Below, piece by piece: positions 26,868 to 40,500 of a DNA stretch of 64,000 nt. The position numbers were made by a program, and so were the translations under genes. Every line of letters starts with the position of its first letter. Within the stretch, counting starts at the first letter, position 1. A model generated the notes under the pieces. That model made no database searches. It saw only the letters and a program-made list of their open reading frames with translations, and had not been told where the DNA came from. The stretch is taken from the NCBI GenBank assembly GCA_000004695.1, contig CM000151.3:7296001-7360000 (forward strand). Direction: 5' to 3'. Source of the stretch: Dictyostelium discoideum (Eukaryota).

Positions 26868-27489
26868 GAAAAATAATGACTTACAATAAAATTAGTACAA
26901 AAAGCACCAGAGATGAAACCAGTTAAAAGATTAATATTAAATCTATGACAATGGAAAGTAGCCAAAGCCAAAAATCCAAGTACATTAATTTCAAAAGCAT
27001 AAACTGTATCAATTAAAGAAACGATAGCCATAGTTAATAGATGAAGGAATAGTACTCTATGCCCTCTAATTGATACAAAAAGTGATGATTTAAATGTTGG
27101 TGTTGAATTTGATGATGATGATGATGATGAAGTTGAAGTTGATAAAGTTGATGATAATGATACAGTATTTGAAGATCCAATAGCTGCTACTGATGAAAGT
27201 GGAATTAATGAATTTGAAGAAGATGATGATGATGAAATTGATGGTGATGATTGACCGCCGCCATCATTTGATGATGAAGATAATTCATTCAAACTTTGAT
27301 GGTTATCCTCTCTTTCACTTGTTGATTCATCATTTTCATTCTGTATATTATGTTTCTTTAATCTATAAATTCTTTTTCTACTTTGATATTTACATTTTTC
27401 ATATTGTAATACTAATTCTCTATAATTTTTAAATGTTGTAAAATAACTTTTTTTAAAAAAATGAATGAATAAATAAATTAGTAAATTAA

Positions 27490-27529
<40 letters not shown>

Positions 27530-28488
27530 TATTTTAATTTAAAACTTACATAAATAATAATAAAAATAAAGAAATTAAAATTAATTGAAAATAACCTAAA
27601 CCAATTGGACCAATGAAAAGATATTGAGTATTACCAGAAAAGAATAAATTTAAAAGTTTTTCAAGGGTTGAGAGTAAGAGATTGATAGTTGGAGAATTTG
27701 AGAAATTTTTAAAACTTTTTCTTGGTATTGAAGAGGAATCATCCAAAGTAGCCAATAGGAAATGGTAAACGATATTTGCAGTTTCTTTGATGAGATCAGG
27801 ATCGAGATGATTTGGTTGATCACTTAATTCACCACTAATGAATGGCTTTTCAATGTCATTTGAGGAATGAGAATTCTCACCGTAAAAGTAATCGTTATCA
27901 GTGAGTAACATCGAGTCGACGCCAGCCCATGTGAATGGACCCTCGTCGCCTAAATAAGAGATCGAGTGTAAATGGTAACGGTGGGCTTGATACATCACCG
28001 ATACGCCAATACTCGAACTGCTACCCACCGCAATACCATCGACTGGATTCACAGCGTAGGCAGATTGCACCATTGAATTGACCAACCAACGTGGTGTGAA
28101 CAACGTCTGATGTTTATGTTCGTAGGGCAATGTCTGAATCATGACCCTATCATTGCCAATCGTATCTATATTCAAAAAGTAGGCTATCTCTGATTGAGAT
28201 GCCATCTTTGAGATTTTATTATTCGATACGAAACTTCTGCTACCCAATGCACCTGGATTCTCTTGATCAAACAATATAAACATGTATGGCGTATCGTTGG
28301 GAATACCCTCCATCTTTGACACTGCTTCTTGATGTCTAAATAATTCAATAGCCTCCTCTATCACCAATCCTGTACCTGATAAACAATCATGTGCTCCTGA
28401 TGTTCTATCTGGTGATCCCCAATATTTCGTATCGTAATGTGATGAAATTATTCTAATTGCTTTATTTTTACTATCATCATTACTACTA

Positions 28489-28522
<34 letters not shown>

Positions 28523-28991
28523 TTGTATTTATCCATATTATAATATTTATACCTGTCCAAGTTGTAGTTGTAATATTTTTACCTTCAGCTTTTCTTTCGT
28601 TCCATTCAAAATGATTCCAAATTATATTATCCTTTGGGAATCCACCCTCCTCAATTAAATAATCTCTAATGTATTCTCTTGCTATACTTCTACTTTCTTC
28701 GTAAACAATTTTTGAATTTCCAATTTCAATCAATCTTTTTGTATGATTTATAATTTTATCTGGCCTTATATTATTCCTTATTTTATCATTATTATCATTA
28801 TTATTATTTTTATTATTATTATTATTTTTATTATTATTATTATTATTATTAATTATATTATATATATTTTTATTATTAATTATATCATTTGAATCATTGT
28901 AAAAATATCGGGATATAAAAAATAAGATAATAAATACAATAAATGTAGTAATTAAATTTTTATTAAAATATAAATTTAATCCTTTTTTCAT
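26606..28991 (-). CDS. M28-family zinc metallopeptidase-domain polytopic membrane protein (ERMP1/FXNA-like architecture); 3 exons 28991..27550, 27419..26885, 26788..26606
   Basis: N-terminal signal anchor. M28 core: RIISSHYDTKYWGSPDRTSGAHDCLSGTGLVIEEAIELF ... FILFDQENPGALGSRSFV. Several TM helices follow. ORF 27546..28991 ends at ATG|GTAAGT, a phase-2 donor. It joins ORF 26789..27292, which is open upstream to an AG at 27420. A second intron (GTAAGT..AG, contains a T44/A44 run) joins the last exon YKDITQIMKFGRKG...YGYDYGKKKEELNKFDSGNKDK*. Confidence 0.7.
26823..26866. repeat. T44 homopolymer (A44 on coding strand) inside intron 2 of the M28 peptidase gene
   Basis: A run of 44 T in the 96-nt intron 26884..26789. 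Similar A/T homopolymers sit inside the cortexillin intron (9824..9858) and the PARP-like gene intron (11885..11920). Confidence 0.85.
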
Positions 28992-29005
28992 TTATTTGTA
29001 AAATA

Positions 29006-29038
<33 letters not shown>

Positions 29039-29386
29039 CTAATTTTATTTTGATTTAATTTTTATTTTATTTTTATTTTTATTTTTATTTTATTTTATTT
29101 TATTAATTATTTTATTATATATCTTTAATTATTTGAATTATTAAATGGTCAAAAAATTGAAAAAAAAAAAAAAAAAATAAAAAAAAAAATAAAAAAAATG
29201 AAAAGCAAAATGAAAAAAAAAAAAATTAAAAGAAATTAATTAAAAAAAAAAAAATAAAAAAAAAAAATGTGTTCACATTTTTAAGTCATTTTTTTTTTTG
29301 CCTCGGAACCAAAATGGAACTTTTTCATAACAATTCAAGTGTTTCTAATCTTTTTCTTTTTTTCTTGAATTTTTTTTTTTTTAAAT

Positions 29387-29461
29387 AATCAAAAATGGAA
29401 ATTGAGACAATTAAAAATAAAAAATAAAATCAATCAATTGTCTCAATTTCCATTTTTGATT
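29387..29461. repeat. perfect 26-bp inverted repeat with 23-bp AT spacer
   Basis: aatcaaaaatggaaattgagacaatt ... aattgtctcaatttccatttttgatt. It lies between the divergently transcribed M28-peptidase gene (start 28991, minus strand) and the CARMIL-like gene. Confidence 0.8.
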
Positions 29462-29795
29462 AAAAAAATAAAAAAAGAAAAATAAAAAAAAAGAAAAATA
29501 AAAAATATCACAGAGTGCTTAAAGCAAAATTCATTTTAGCTTAATCATTTTTAATTTTAATATTATTTTTTTAAAAATTATTAATAGGTTTTTTAAAAAA
29601 TTATTAATTATAAAAAATGATAAATATTCCAAAAAAAATGATAAATATTCCATTTTCAGTTTTGGATTATTTACGGAAAAAAAAAAATAAAAAAATAATT
29701 CTAAATAATAAAAAAAAAAAAAAAAATTAAAATAGGAATTAATTAATTTTCAAACAATTTATTACCTTTGATTATATAAGGTATGAAAAGTAATC

Positions 29796-29860
<65 letters not shown>

Positions 29861-30331
29861 TTATAATAAAATAAAAAAAATAATTAATAATATTACCACA
29901 CATTTAATGTGATTACATTTTATATCATCGTTATTATTATTATTATTATTATTATTGTTATTACTGGTCATAAAAAATTAAAAATTTAAAAAAATAAAAA
30001 AAAAAATAAAAAATAAAAATAAAAAATGAAAATATTGGTCGACTGGTAACTAATCAATTATTAGAAAAAAAAAAAAAAATTTTTAAATTTTGATTTTTTT
30101 TTTTTTAAATAATTTTTCAAATTTGTTGAAAAAAAAAAAAAAAAAAAAAATATATATATAAAAAAAAAAACCTACACATATATAGACCACCAATTATGAA
30201 ATGCAAGAACCATTAGAAATTACTCCATCAGACCAAAGGAATTTTTTATTTACTTTTTATTTTTTTTTTTATTTTTTTATTTTTTTATTTTTTTATTGAA
30301 TCATTCCATTTAAGTTAAAAATAAAAGAATT

Positions 30332-30363
<32 letters not shown>

Positions 30364-30414
30364 TAAATATTTAACTAATTTTATTTTTATAATTTTTCAT
30401 TTTTTAAAAAATAG

Positions 30415-33026
30415 ATTATATTTATGAACAATTATCACCATTGGGTGGATTATTTGGTGAAGAAGTTACATGTCAATGTCCAATATATTCAACAGATGAA
30501 GCAGGTGATGTTGAATTAGTACCAAGAATATTAGTAATTGGAAAATATAGGATATTATTAATAAAGAAAGAAAAAGGGGAAAAAAAGGTTTTAAAGAAAA
30601 ATATACATTTATATGATTTAATTGAAGTATCAGAACCAATTATAAATTGTAATTTTAATGCAATGCCAAATATTATAGAGATAAAATATAGGGATAACTC
30701 ATCAACAGGTGGAAGTGGTGGTGGTGGTGGTGGTGGTGGTGCAGCCGCAGGTGGAGGAGGGGGTGCAATGACAGGAGGTGCAACATCAGCATCACAAGCA
30801 TTACATAATCAATCACAAATTAAATCATTTATAATACAATCACCAAGTAGAGAGATTGAAATTATTATAGTAAAAACGTTAGCATTAACATCATGGTCAA
30901 TTTCAAAAGGGTTCCCACAAGAGTATATAATGAGGGTAAATTTAAATAACCCACCCAACCGATACCCACAATTGAAATTCGATCATGATATTGGTATTGC
31001 CGATGGTAAAGGTATTGCAGAGTGTTATATAGCGCATTCACATTATTTCAATACCAAATCAACATTGGACTATCTTAGACATTTGGAAACACTTTATCAA
31101 AGTAGATACCCGGAATTGGACTTATCAGACATAGCGGGTATTGACGCAACCTCATCATTGGGATTCAATTTATACACTGGTATCATATGCTTACGTCATA
31201 ATAGATTCATCAGATCGTTAAAGGCCAATTCAATACCACATATAAACGTAACGTCGGCCATTGGCGAAATGATGTTGACCAATAAAACCATCACCCAATT
31301 GGAGATCACCAATCTATTGACAGAGCAAAGTTTTACACCAATTGGTAATTTTTTAAAGAATAATCCATTCACAAGTTTACAAATCCTAAATCTTTCAAAT
31401 AATACAATGAATAATGAGTCGGTGGTGGGGTTATGCGACGGGTTGGCTAATTTCAATCATTCCCTATTGTCGTTGAATTTGTCGGGTTGTTCAATACCAA
31501 CCAAGGGTGTGGCATTGTTGTTCAATTCCCTTCAAAAGAATTTCGGTATGTCATTGACATTGGAGGAATTGATTCTATCAGATAACAGATTTCAAGATGC
31601 TGGTAGTTCAGCTATGTCATCATGGTTGAATAAAACCAGAGGTTATAATAGATTGAAGAGATTAATCCTATCAAATTCTCAATTAAACATTGGTATGATA
31701 GCACCCTCATTGAAAGTACTAAGTTGTATAGAGTCATTGGATCTCTCAAAGAATTCAATTAATATTCAATCTTGTAGAACTCTATCGATGGATGGTTTGG
31801 AGGGTATCGAATCAAGGGAATTTAAAAACTTGAATCTTTCATCATGTGGTTTAGTCGGTGAATCAATTGCAACATTATTGGTTGCACTATCGAGAAATTC
31901 AAAATTACATAATCTAACATTAAATTTACAACGTAATGGTTTCGCTCAAAAAACAGCACTCATTCTAATTCAATTGCTACCACAATGTGCAAAATCATTC
32001 TTGACTGGTTTAGATTTATCTTTTAATTCATTCAATGCAAGACAACTTGCTGATATAGTTCAGTCGCTTATGGGTACATGTATTGAGAGTTTAGATATTG
32101 GTAATAACTATTTAGATTCTGATTTGGTTTTAAAAGTTGCAGAATTGGTTAAAGATAATGGTTTGGTTAAATTAGGAATTGGCCATCAAAGTAAACCATT
32201 GTCATCTGCATTGCATCCTCTATTATTGGCAGTCGGGTCAAGCAAAACCATGCAGGTATTGGATATAGTTGGTAATGAGCTAAATGATCATGGTGCTTGT
32301 ATATTGGCCGATTGTTTACGTCATAATAAAACATTGAAACGTTTATATATCAATGGTAATAAATTCACTTATGTGGGTTGGATGTCATTATCATCACCTT
32401 TTATTTTCTATAGAAATACAACTTTACTTCATTTGGATTTACCAACTCTCTCTGATCCAATCCAATTGAGTGATTCCAATAGTACAATTTTATCACCAAT
32501 TAAACGTGATCAAATGGAACGTGATACCTTCTCAAAAGTTAGACTTCAATTAATTTTAAATAAGAATAAAGTACCACAAAGTAGTAGATTCGCTTATCTT
32601 CCAAATTATGATGAACCACCAACTTATGTCGCTCCAATTGCAACCGTACCTGAACATTTATTAGTCTATTGTACAATTTTACCATCTGCAATTGATCAAA
32701 TGGAAAAAATTAATTTAAATAGTTTAAATGGTAATATCTCAAATGGAAATAATAGTATCAGAATCAATTTAGCAATTGGTGGTAATGGTACAGTTGGTCA
32801 TTCTTCTTCAACAAATACTGGTAGTGGTGGTGGTGGTGGTAATATTCGTCCTTCATTATCATCAATCTTTTCAAAACCAATTAGTTTAATTAATGATATC
32901 AGAGGTGGTGGTGGTAGTAGTGATACCATTAATTCTAATAACAATTCAAGAGTTTCAACACCATTATCTTGGAATGAAAATGATAATTATAATCGTAATG
33001 ATGATGATAAAGAAGAATTAAAATAA
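30415..33026 (+). CDS. CARMIL-like leucine-rich-repeat protein (N-terminal PH-like region then RNI-type LRRs); first coding exon not resolved
   Basis: The open frame begins right after an intron acceptor (..aaaaaatag|AT, phase 1) at 30414 and has no in-frame ATG for about 80 codons. PH-like region PRILVIGKYRILLIKKEKGEKKVLKKNIHLYDLIEV. About 15 RNI/CARMIL-type LRRs follow, for example LQILNLSNNTMNNESVVGLCDGLANFNHSLLSLNLSGCSIPTKGVALLFNSL. A candidate exon 1, ATGCAAGAACCATTAGAAATTACTCCATCAGACCAAAG at about 30196, has no usable GT donor. Confidence 0.6.
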
Positions 33027-33064
33027 TTAAACAAAAATAAATAAATATTTATTAATAATAATAG

Positions 33065-33117
<53 letters not shown>

Positions 33118-33317
33118 AAATGAAATAAAATAAAAATTTTCTGTACTACATATTTATCAATTATTATTTTTTTATTTATTTGTTTATTTGTATATTTGCG
33201 TTTTTATTTATAATTATAATTTGTTTATTAATTATAAATTATTAATTTATTATTAATTTTTATTATTTTTTATTTCCATTTTTAAAAAAAAAAACTGGAA
33301 AAAAATAATTAAAAATC

Positions 33318-33835
33318 TTATAAAGCAGTATTATGTGATTTTGGTAATAATCTATCTAATTGTTCTTTAATTTGTTTAATATCATTTTCAAGTTTTTCGA
33401 TTCTATTTTCTGGTGAAATTTTTTCTATTTTTCGTTTAAAAAAAAAAAAAAATTTAAATAATTAGTAAAAATGAAACATAGTATATAATTAACTTTTTAT
33501 TATTTTTAAAAATAATATATATATATTAATATTATCTTACCAGTTTTTGGAATAACTACTAATCTATTTAATTCTTCAGCTGTTAAATTTACAATTGAAT
33601 CAATTTTAATGAATTCCAAGTTTACTAATGCTACAGAGTGTTCAGATTCTCTAAGTTTACCAATTGATAAATGGTCGGCATTTTCATCATTTTGTCTAAA
33701 GATTGGTACTTTGGTTTTTAATCTAATTTCATCACTTGTTGAATAAAATGATTTATTGTAATTTAATTTTGTTGGGTTTCTAATTATTAATGATGAAATT
33801 GATTTACTTTGTGAGTTTAATAATCTTGTAATCAT
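33318..33835 (-). CDS. hypothetical small protein with presequence-like N-terminus and coiled-coil C-tail; 2 exons 33835..33541, ~33410..33318
   Basis: ORF 33506..33835 (MITRLLNSQSKSISSLIIRNPTKLNYNKSFYSTSDEIRL...) has a phase-1 GTAAGA donor after ..VVIPKTG. It joins the exon ENRIEKLENDIKQIKEQLDRLLPKSHNTAL*. No confident family assignment. The acceptor choice is tentative. Confidence 0.4.
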
Positions 33836-34124
33836 TTTTATTTATTTATTTATTTGTTGTATATATATATATAATTAAAATATTTGTATTGAGGAATTTG
33901 TTTGTGTGTGGAATGAGTGAAATTTAAAAATTTAATTTAATTTTGTGAAGTCACCAAAAAAAAAAAAAAAAAAAAAAACAAAAAACCAAAAAAAATAAAA
34001 AATAAAAAATAAAAAAAAAAAAATAAAAAAAAAAAAAAAAAAAAAATAATAATATTTTCATAAAAAAAAAACAATTATTTTCGATTTTAATTGGGAATAA
34101 TAAAGATTTATTATAATTGATGAC

Positions 34125-34155
<31 letters not shown>

Positions 34156-34200
34156 AAAAAAAAAGATTTTCAAAGAATTTTTCCATCATTTATTTTTATA

Positions 34201-34303
34201 TTTATTTTATTTTATTTTATTTTATTTTATATTTATTTTATTTTATTTTATTTTATTTTATTTTATTTTAATTTATTTTAATTTATTTTATTTTATTTTA
34301 TTA
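34201..34303. repeat. (ATTTT)n / (ATTTA)n pentanucleotide repeat, intergenic
   Basis: tttattttattttattttattttattttatatttattttattttattttatttt... About 20 units with two variant units. Confidence 0.85.
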
Positions 34304-36486
34304 ATACATGGATGATTGAAAAAAAAAAAAATAGTTTTCATAATAATTACCATAATTTCTATGACCTGAAAAAGAAATATAAATTTTCCAATTATTTTTT
34401 TATTTTTTTTATTTTTAATTTGAGAATATATTTAGTTTTATAATTATTATTTTTTATTAATATTGATTAAAAAAAGTAAATATATATTTTAAATTCTTTA
34501 GATTATTTTACAGATTTTAATTATTTCCATAATTCTTTTTTTTATTTTTTTTATTTTTTTCAATTATTATAAATTTAAATAATCAGTTTTTAGTATTAAA
34601 ATTTAAAATAATTATCTACTATTAATAATGATTTCAAATTTCAAAGATTTTATTTTATGATATGTTGTAAAAACATTCAAAAAAAAAATTTAAATCTAAC
34701 CACAGAAAAAATAAAAAAAATAAAAATAAAAATAAAAAAAATAAAAATTAAAATAAAAATAAAAATTTTAAATAGTTTAGTGATAATAGTTATCAGTTTC
34801 TTCATATAAAATTTAAAAATATCAGAAATAATATTATTTAAAGTTTAAAACAAAAAATTGATAAGATCAATTTATAGTCTTTTTAATATATAAAAATGAA
34901 TAAATAGGTTTTTTTGGTGAGTAATTTCCTATTTAATATATATATTCAAATTAATGTATAAAAATTCTTTTAGTAATAAGAAGAAAATTAATACTAATAA
35001 AATAAAAAACAATAAAATAAAATGAATCTTTTTTTATTTTTTATTTTTTTTATTTTTCAAACAATTTACAATAATATTTAAAATTTAAAAGGTTTTTTTT
35101 TTTTTTTTTTTTAAATTATATTTATTTATTTTTTATTTATTTTTATTTTTGAAATAAAAAAAGGGTGGTCAATATACAAAAATATTTAATGATGGCATGT
35201 ATTTTATTTTAAATTATTTTGAAAAAATAAAATTACTTTTTTTTTTTTTTTTTTTTTTTTTAACATACAAAAACAAAACGTTATTTCCACCTTTTTATAA
35301 TAATAAAAATTATTTTAAGCTTCCAATTAAAAAAAAAAAAAAAAAAAAGATAATAATTTAAATCACAACAGATGTTTTTGATGATGAGTATTTAATTTAT
35401 CAAAGATTTTTTAGTGACTCTAAATTAATTAAAATCTTACCTACTTAAAATTTATGTTCAAAAAAAAAAAAGAAGGAAGACTCAAAAAAATAAAAAAAAA
35501 AAAAAAAAAAAAGGGTTAAATAGAACTAAAAAGAACCTTTATAAAATCAAAAAATTTTTTATTGTGTATTAAAATTTTTATTTTTATAAATAAATAGTAT
35601 CTGTCAATTACAAAAGGAAAAAAAAAAAACATATATCTATTTTTAGAGGTATATATATCTTAATTTATATTGAAATTTAAAAGATATTTTTTTTTCCTTT
35701 CAAGAATTTGATTTTTATAAAAATAAAAAAAAAAAAAAAAATAAAAAAAAAAAAAAAATTTAATTCTTTTCACCATTTTGTTTTTTTTATTTTTATTTTT
35801 TTTTTTTTTTTTTTTTTTTCTATTTTTATTTTCAAATCCACCACCCCTCCAATATAATAATACACCTCCAACATTAATATTCAGATACAAAAATTATAAT
35901 ATTATTTAAAAATAGTATTTTTTTTTTGGCACACACACACATACATTTCACTTATCGATCAACTCATGTGTAAATTGTGTGAAAATAAAACATTCTTTTA
36001 ATAATATGATTTGAAACTTAACTTTTAACATTCATATATATACACATATATGTGTATATATATATATATATATATAGTGATATGTATCATAATTATTATT
36101 GCGATTTGTTATTGTCGTTTTCATATTTAAAACCTATAAATTAAAAAAAAAAAATAAAAGATAAACAAAAAAAAAATAAAAAAAAATTAATTAATAAAAA
36201 TAAATATTATAATATTTATGTTTGACAACTATCCAATTATATTATATATTAACCACTCTATACTCTTTTCTTAATTTTTAAAAAAGAGGGGGACACCTAA
36301 GGTAATTTATCATTTTTAATACGATTTTTTTTTAAAACACACCGCATTTGCAATATTATTGTTATAATAATAAAAATTATAATTATTTTATTTTATTTTA
36401 ATTTATTTTATAAAAATTGAAATTATATACATTATAAATACTTTTTTTGTTTTTTTTTTTTTTTTTGTTTTTTAAATATTAATATT

Positions 36487-36549
<63 letters not shown>

Positions 36550-36569
36550 TTTTCCAATTTCCAATTTCC

Positions 36570-36601
<32 letters not shown>

Positions 36602-36897
36602 TAAATTAATTTAAATAAATTTTATTAAAAAAAACAAAGAAATATATTAAAAAAATAAAAATAAAAATAAAAAATAAAAAATAAAAAATAAAAAATAAAA
36701 AAAAAAGATATATAATATATATATATATAATAATATATAAATATAGAAATAAAAAAAGGTAGAACACATACATTCACCCTTTAAACACCCCACCCCACTT
36801 TCGAGCTCAAAAACCATATTTTTTTTTTTTAATTAATTATTATTATTTTTATTTTTATATTTTATTTTTATTTATTTTATTTTATTTTATTTTTATA

Positions 36898-36928
<31 letters not shown>

Positions 36929-37071
36929 AAAAAAAAAATAAAAAAAAAACAGCTTGATTTTTTTTTTTAATTTGTCTATTCAAAATTTTTTTTCAATTAA
37001 CACATCGTGTCCTTTTGTGATTCATAATCATATCATCATTTTTTTTTTTTTATAAAAAAAATCTTTTAATA

Positions 37072-37127
<56 letters not shown>

Positions 37128-37387
37128 ATTTAAAATCATTTATTTAATTTTTTTTATTTTTTTTTATTTCTCATTTTAACCACACTTCACACTAAACCAC
37201 TAGTTTTGTATTTTTAAAATTATTTTTTACGTAAATAGAAATTTTATTATATTAATTCAATTACATATAAAGCAATTATAAATAATTTTTTTTAGGTTTC
37301 AATTTAATATATATTTATATATATATTAAAAATATATATATTTTTTTTTGCCAATCCTTTTTTTTTCTTATAAATTTTATATTTACA

Positions 37388-37430
<43 letters not shown>

Positions 37431-37510
37431 TCGATATTTTTTTTTTGATCAATTAAGCAATTCCATAACTTTTAAAATCAATTTTTTAAAAAAATAAAAA
37501 AAAAAAAAAA

Positions 37511-37547
<37 letters not shown>

Positions 37548-37558
37548 TCACAAATAGA

Positions 37559-40500
37559 ATGCAATACGTTAATGGTAATGATATTTCAAGTCAAAGTATT
37601 CATGAAGTTTTAGAACTTGCATTTTCAACAAAAATCCCATGGACAAAATTAGAATATGAATCAAGTGAAAAACATATAATACATTCCTATTCATCACATG
37701 AAAGAGGTATTTATTTAAGTAAAGGTGTTGCAGAATTTAATATTTCACCAGAAAATATGTATGAACTTTTATTGGATATTTCTTCAAGATCAAAAGTAAT
37801 TATTATTATTATTATTATTTAAATTTTTAATTAATTTTTTTTTTATTTTTTTTTTATTTATTTATTTATTTAAATAAATAAAAGAAAAAAAAAAAAATTA
37901 TTAATTACTAATTATTTTTTAAAATTTTAAAAAAAGTGGGATTTTCATTGTAGAGAAGCACATATTATTGAAGAATATGATCATTTAAATCATATTATTC
38001 ATTTAAATTTTACAAATCCATTAATTAGTAATTTGGATATGAATTTATATAGAAGTTGTAAGTATGATCCACAAGAGAGATTATTTGTAATTGCTATGAG
38101 ATCAATTGAATTGGAGGATGGTGATGTTGATCAATTTGAATGTTTACCAAATGGATGGGTAATTCAAGGTTTAAGAGGACAAAAAGATAAATGTAAGATG
38201 ACATTCGTTCAACAATGTGATCTAAGAGATATAGAACTTCAACGTATTCCAGGTTATAAATCATTCAATAGTAAAGAGAGACTTGAGGATTTTCAATTTC
38301 TTACATTGTTTCCTGCCACTGTAAGTGGTAGACTTGCAAAGATTTTCGAATCTATAGAACTATACATATCAAACAATGTGAAGGATATTGAAACCAAGGA
38401 TATTCGTATCTCAATTATGGAAAAAGCAGAAAAGGAGGTAAATGAAATGTTTGGTACAACCAATCCAGACTATGGTTGGAAAATTTATTTAAAGAAATTG
38501 GATATGGAAATTCTAATTAAAAAGACAACCTCTGGTTACTATATGATTGGTAAGGGTAGTTTTTCTTCGAGGTATTCACCAGAGTTATTGGCTGATGTAC
38601 TCTATCAGAAGAATCCTTTCGAATGGGATACTTTTTATGATAAAACTAAATTGGTTGAAAGTATCAATAGTTCAATCAGAGAGGTCGAGGTTCATTATAG
38701 AATGTGGAGAAATACAATCACCATGAGATTGCTACAATCCGTTAAAAAAGGACCTGGTAATTTCTCATCGGTACATTGGAGAAGTATTTGTTCTCCAAAT
38801 TATCAAGTGGCTGATGGTATCGAAGTACATTATCTTCCTACTGCACTCTTAAACTATGGTTTAGGTGATGGTAGTTTCACAAGTTTCTTGGCGGCAATCG
38901 AGGTTAAAGGTTATCCAACTCCTTGGGAGGAAGAGATGGTAACTAAAATGTTTGCTGCTAGAATCATTTCAAATCAAAATAGTATCATAAATCATGTAAA
39001 TAAATTAACAGGTGGTTCAGAGATGATAAGAGAATTACCTGTTATTCCTTCAGTTCAACATCATTGTGGTGATGTTGGTTCTCATATTGGTACTCCTCAA
39101 GTCTATAATGCAATGGTCGAAAATTTTGCTGATATACTTTTAGATGAAGGTAATAAAGATGGAAATGTAGTTTCTTCAAAAAATAAAAGAAAAAGAAATA
39201 AAAATAATGAAAATAAAAATAATAATAATGATAATATAATTGATGAAGAAATTGAACAAGAGGAGGAAAATATTGAAAAAGATCAACAACAAACCCAACA
39301 ACAACAAACTCAAAAACAACAACAACAACAACAACAACAACAAAAAACACAACAACAACCACAACAGCAACAACAACAACCACAAGAACAACAACAAAAT
39401 CACTCACAACTAAAAAAAGAAATCAAACCTACAAGACCAAGTATTCGTTTTACCTATTTATTAAGTAACAGTAGTAGTGGACAACGTCCAATTGCTTGGT
39501 ATGAATCAAAAAAACAACCATTCTTATTTTTGGTTAGTGATAGTAGTGAGAGAAAAGGAAAGATTCAAAGAAAGACTTATTATTTCTCAAATTCAGGTTT
39601 TGATAATTTACCAGAGGAAGTGGTTCAAATTATATTTTCCAATTTATCGGCAATCAATATTGTCAACTTATCATTAGTTTGTAAAAGATTTAAAATGGCA
39701 ACTGATAGTCCAATTCTTTGGAAAAATCTTTATAAAAGTAATCCATTATTTCATAAAAAGACACCAAAAAGAAAACAAATCATTCATTCAAATCTAAGTA
39801 ATGATGAAAATAAAGTAAATTCAAATTCTGGTGATTCTGCTGATGGTTCATCAAGCCAAGAAGAAGAAGAACAACAACAACAAAATCAACAACAAAATCA
39901 ACAACAAAATCAACAACAACAACAACAACAAACATTTGACCTTTCAAATATTAATTTAAATGATCCAATATCATTATTAATGGTATTTACAAATGGAATA
40001 ATTCCTCAAAATTTATCACCAACTGAAATAATAAATGTTGGTGGAATAGTGTCTCAAATTGATTTGAATGATCTTTCAAACGTTGAAACTCTTATTCAAC
40101 AATTACCTCATCAAGTTTTATCATTGATTCAAATGAATACACTTGATGCAAAGATTCAACATTTATCAATGATTAGTGGAATGCCAGCAACCATTGGTCA
40201 AGAATCACCAATCAATAAAAACTCTTCAGATAATCCAAAACCAAATGCATACAATAAAAGAGATAACAACTCTTATATTCCTGATGAAGAGTTTATTAAT
40301 TGGAAATCACATTACACTGAAAAACATAAGCAATCAAAGAGATGGGTTAATATGGAACCAATTCGTATCACCCCTCTAAAGGGTCACAATAGGGCAATCA
40401 AAGCTGTAAAGAGTGAGGGTAATTCAGCTATCACCGTATCAACAGAGAAAAAAATCAAATTTTGGAATTTAAACACTGGTCAATGTATTGGAGACTACGA

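Noticed and set aside
33836-37558. tRNA, snRNA or transposable element (TRE, DIRS, Skipper) in the large intergenic blocks
   Set aside because: No tRNA-like GC-rich cloverleaf with a GTTCGAATC-type T-arm was found. There are no long ORFs resembling RT or integrase and no LTR-like long direct repeats. The only repeats are microsatellites.
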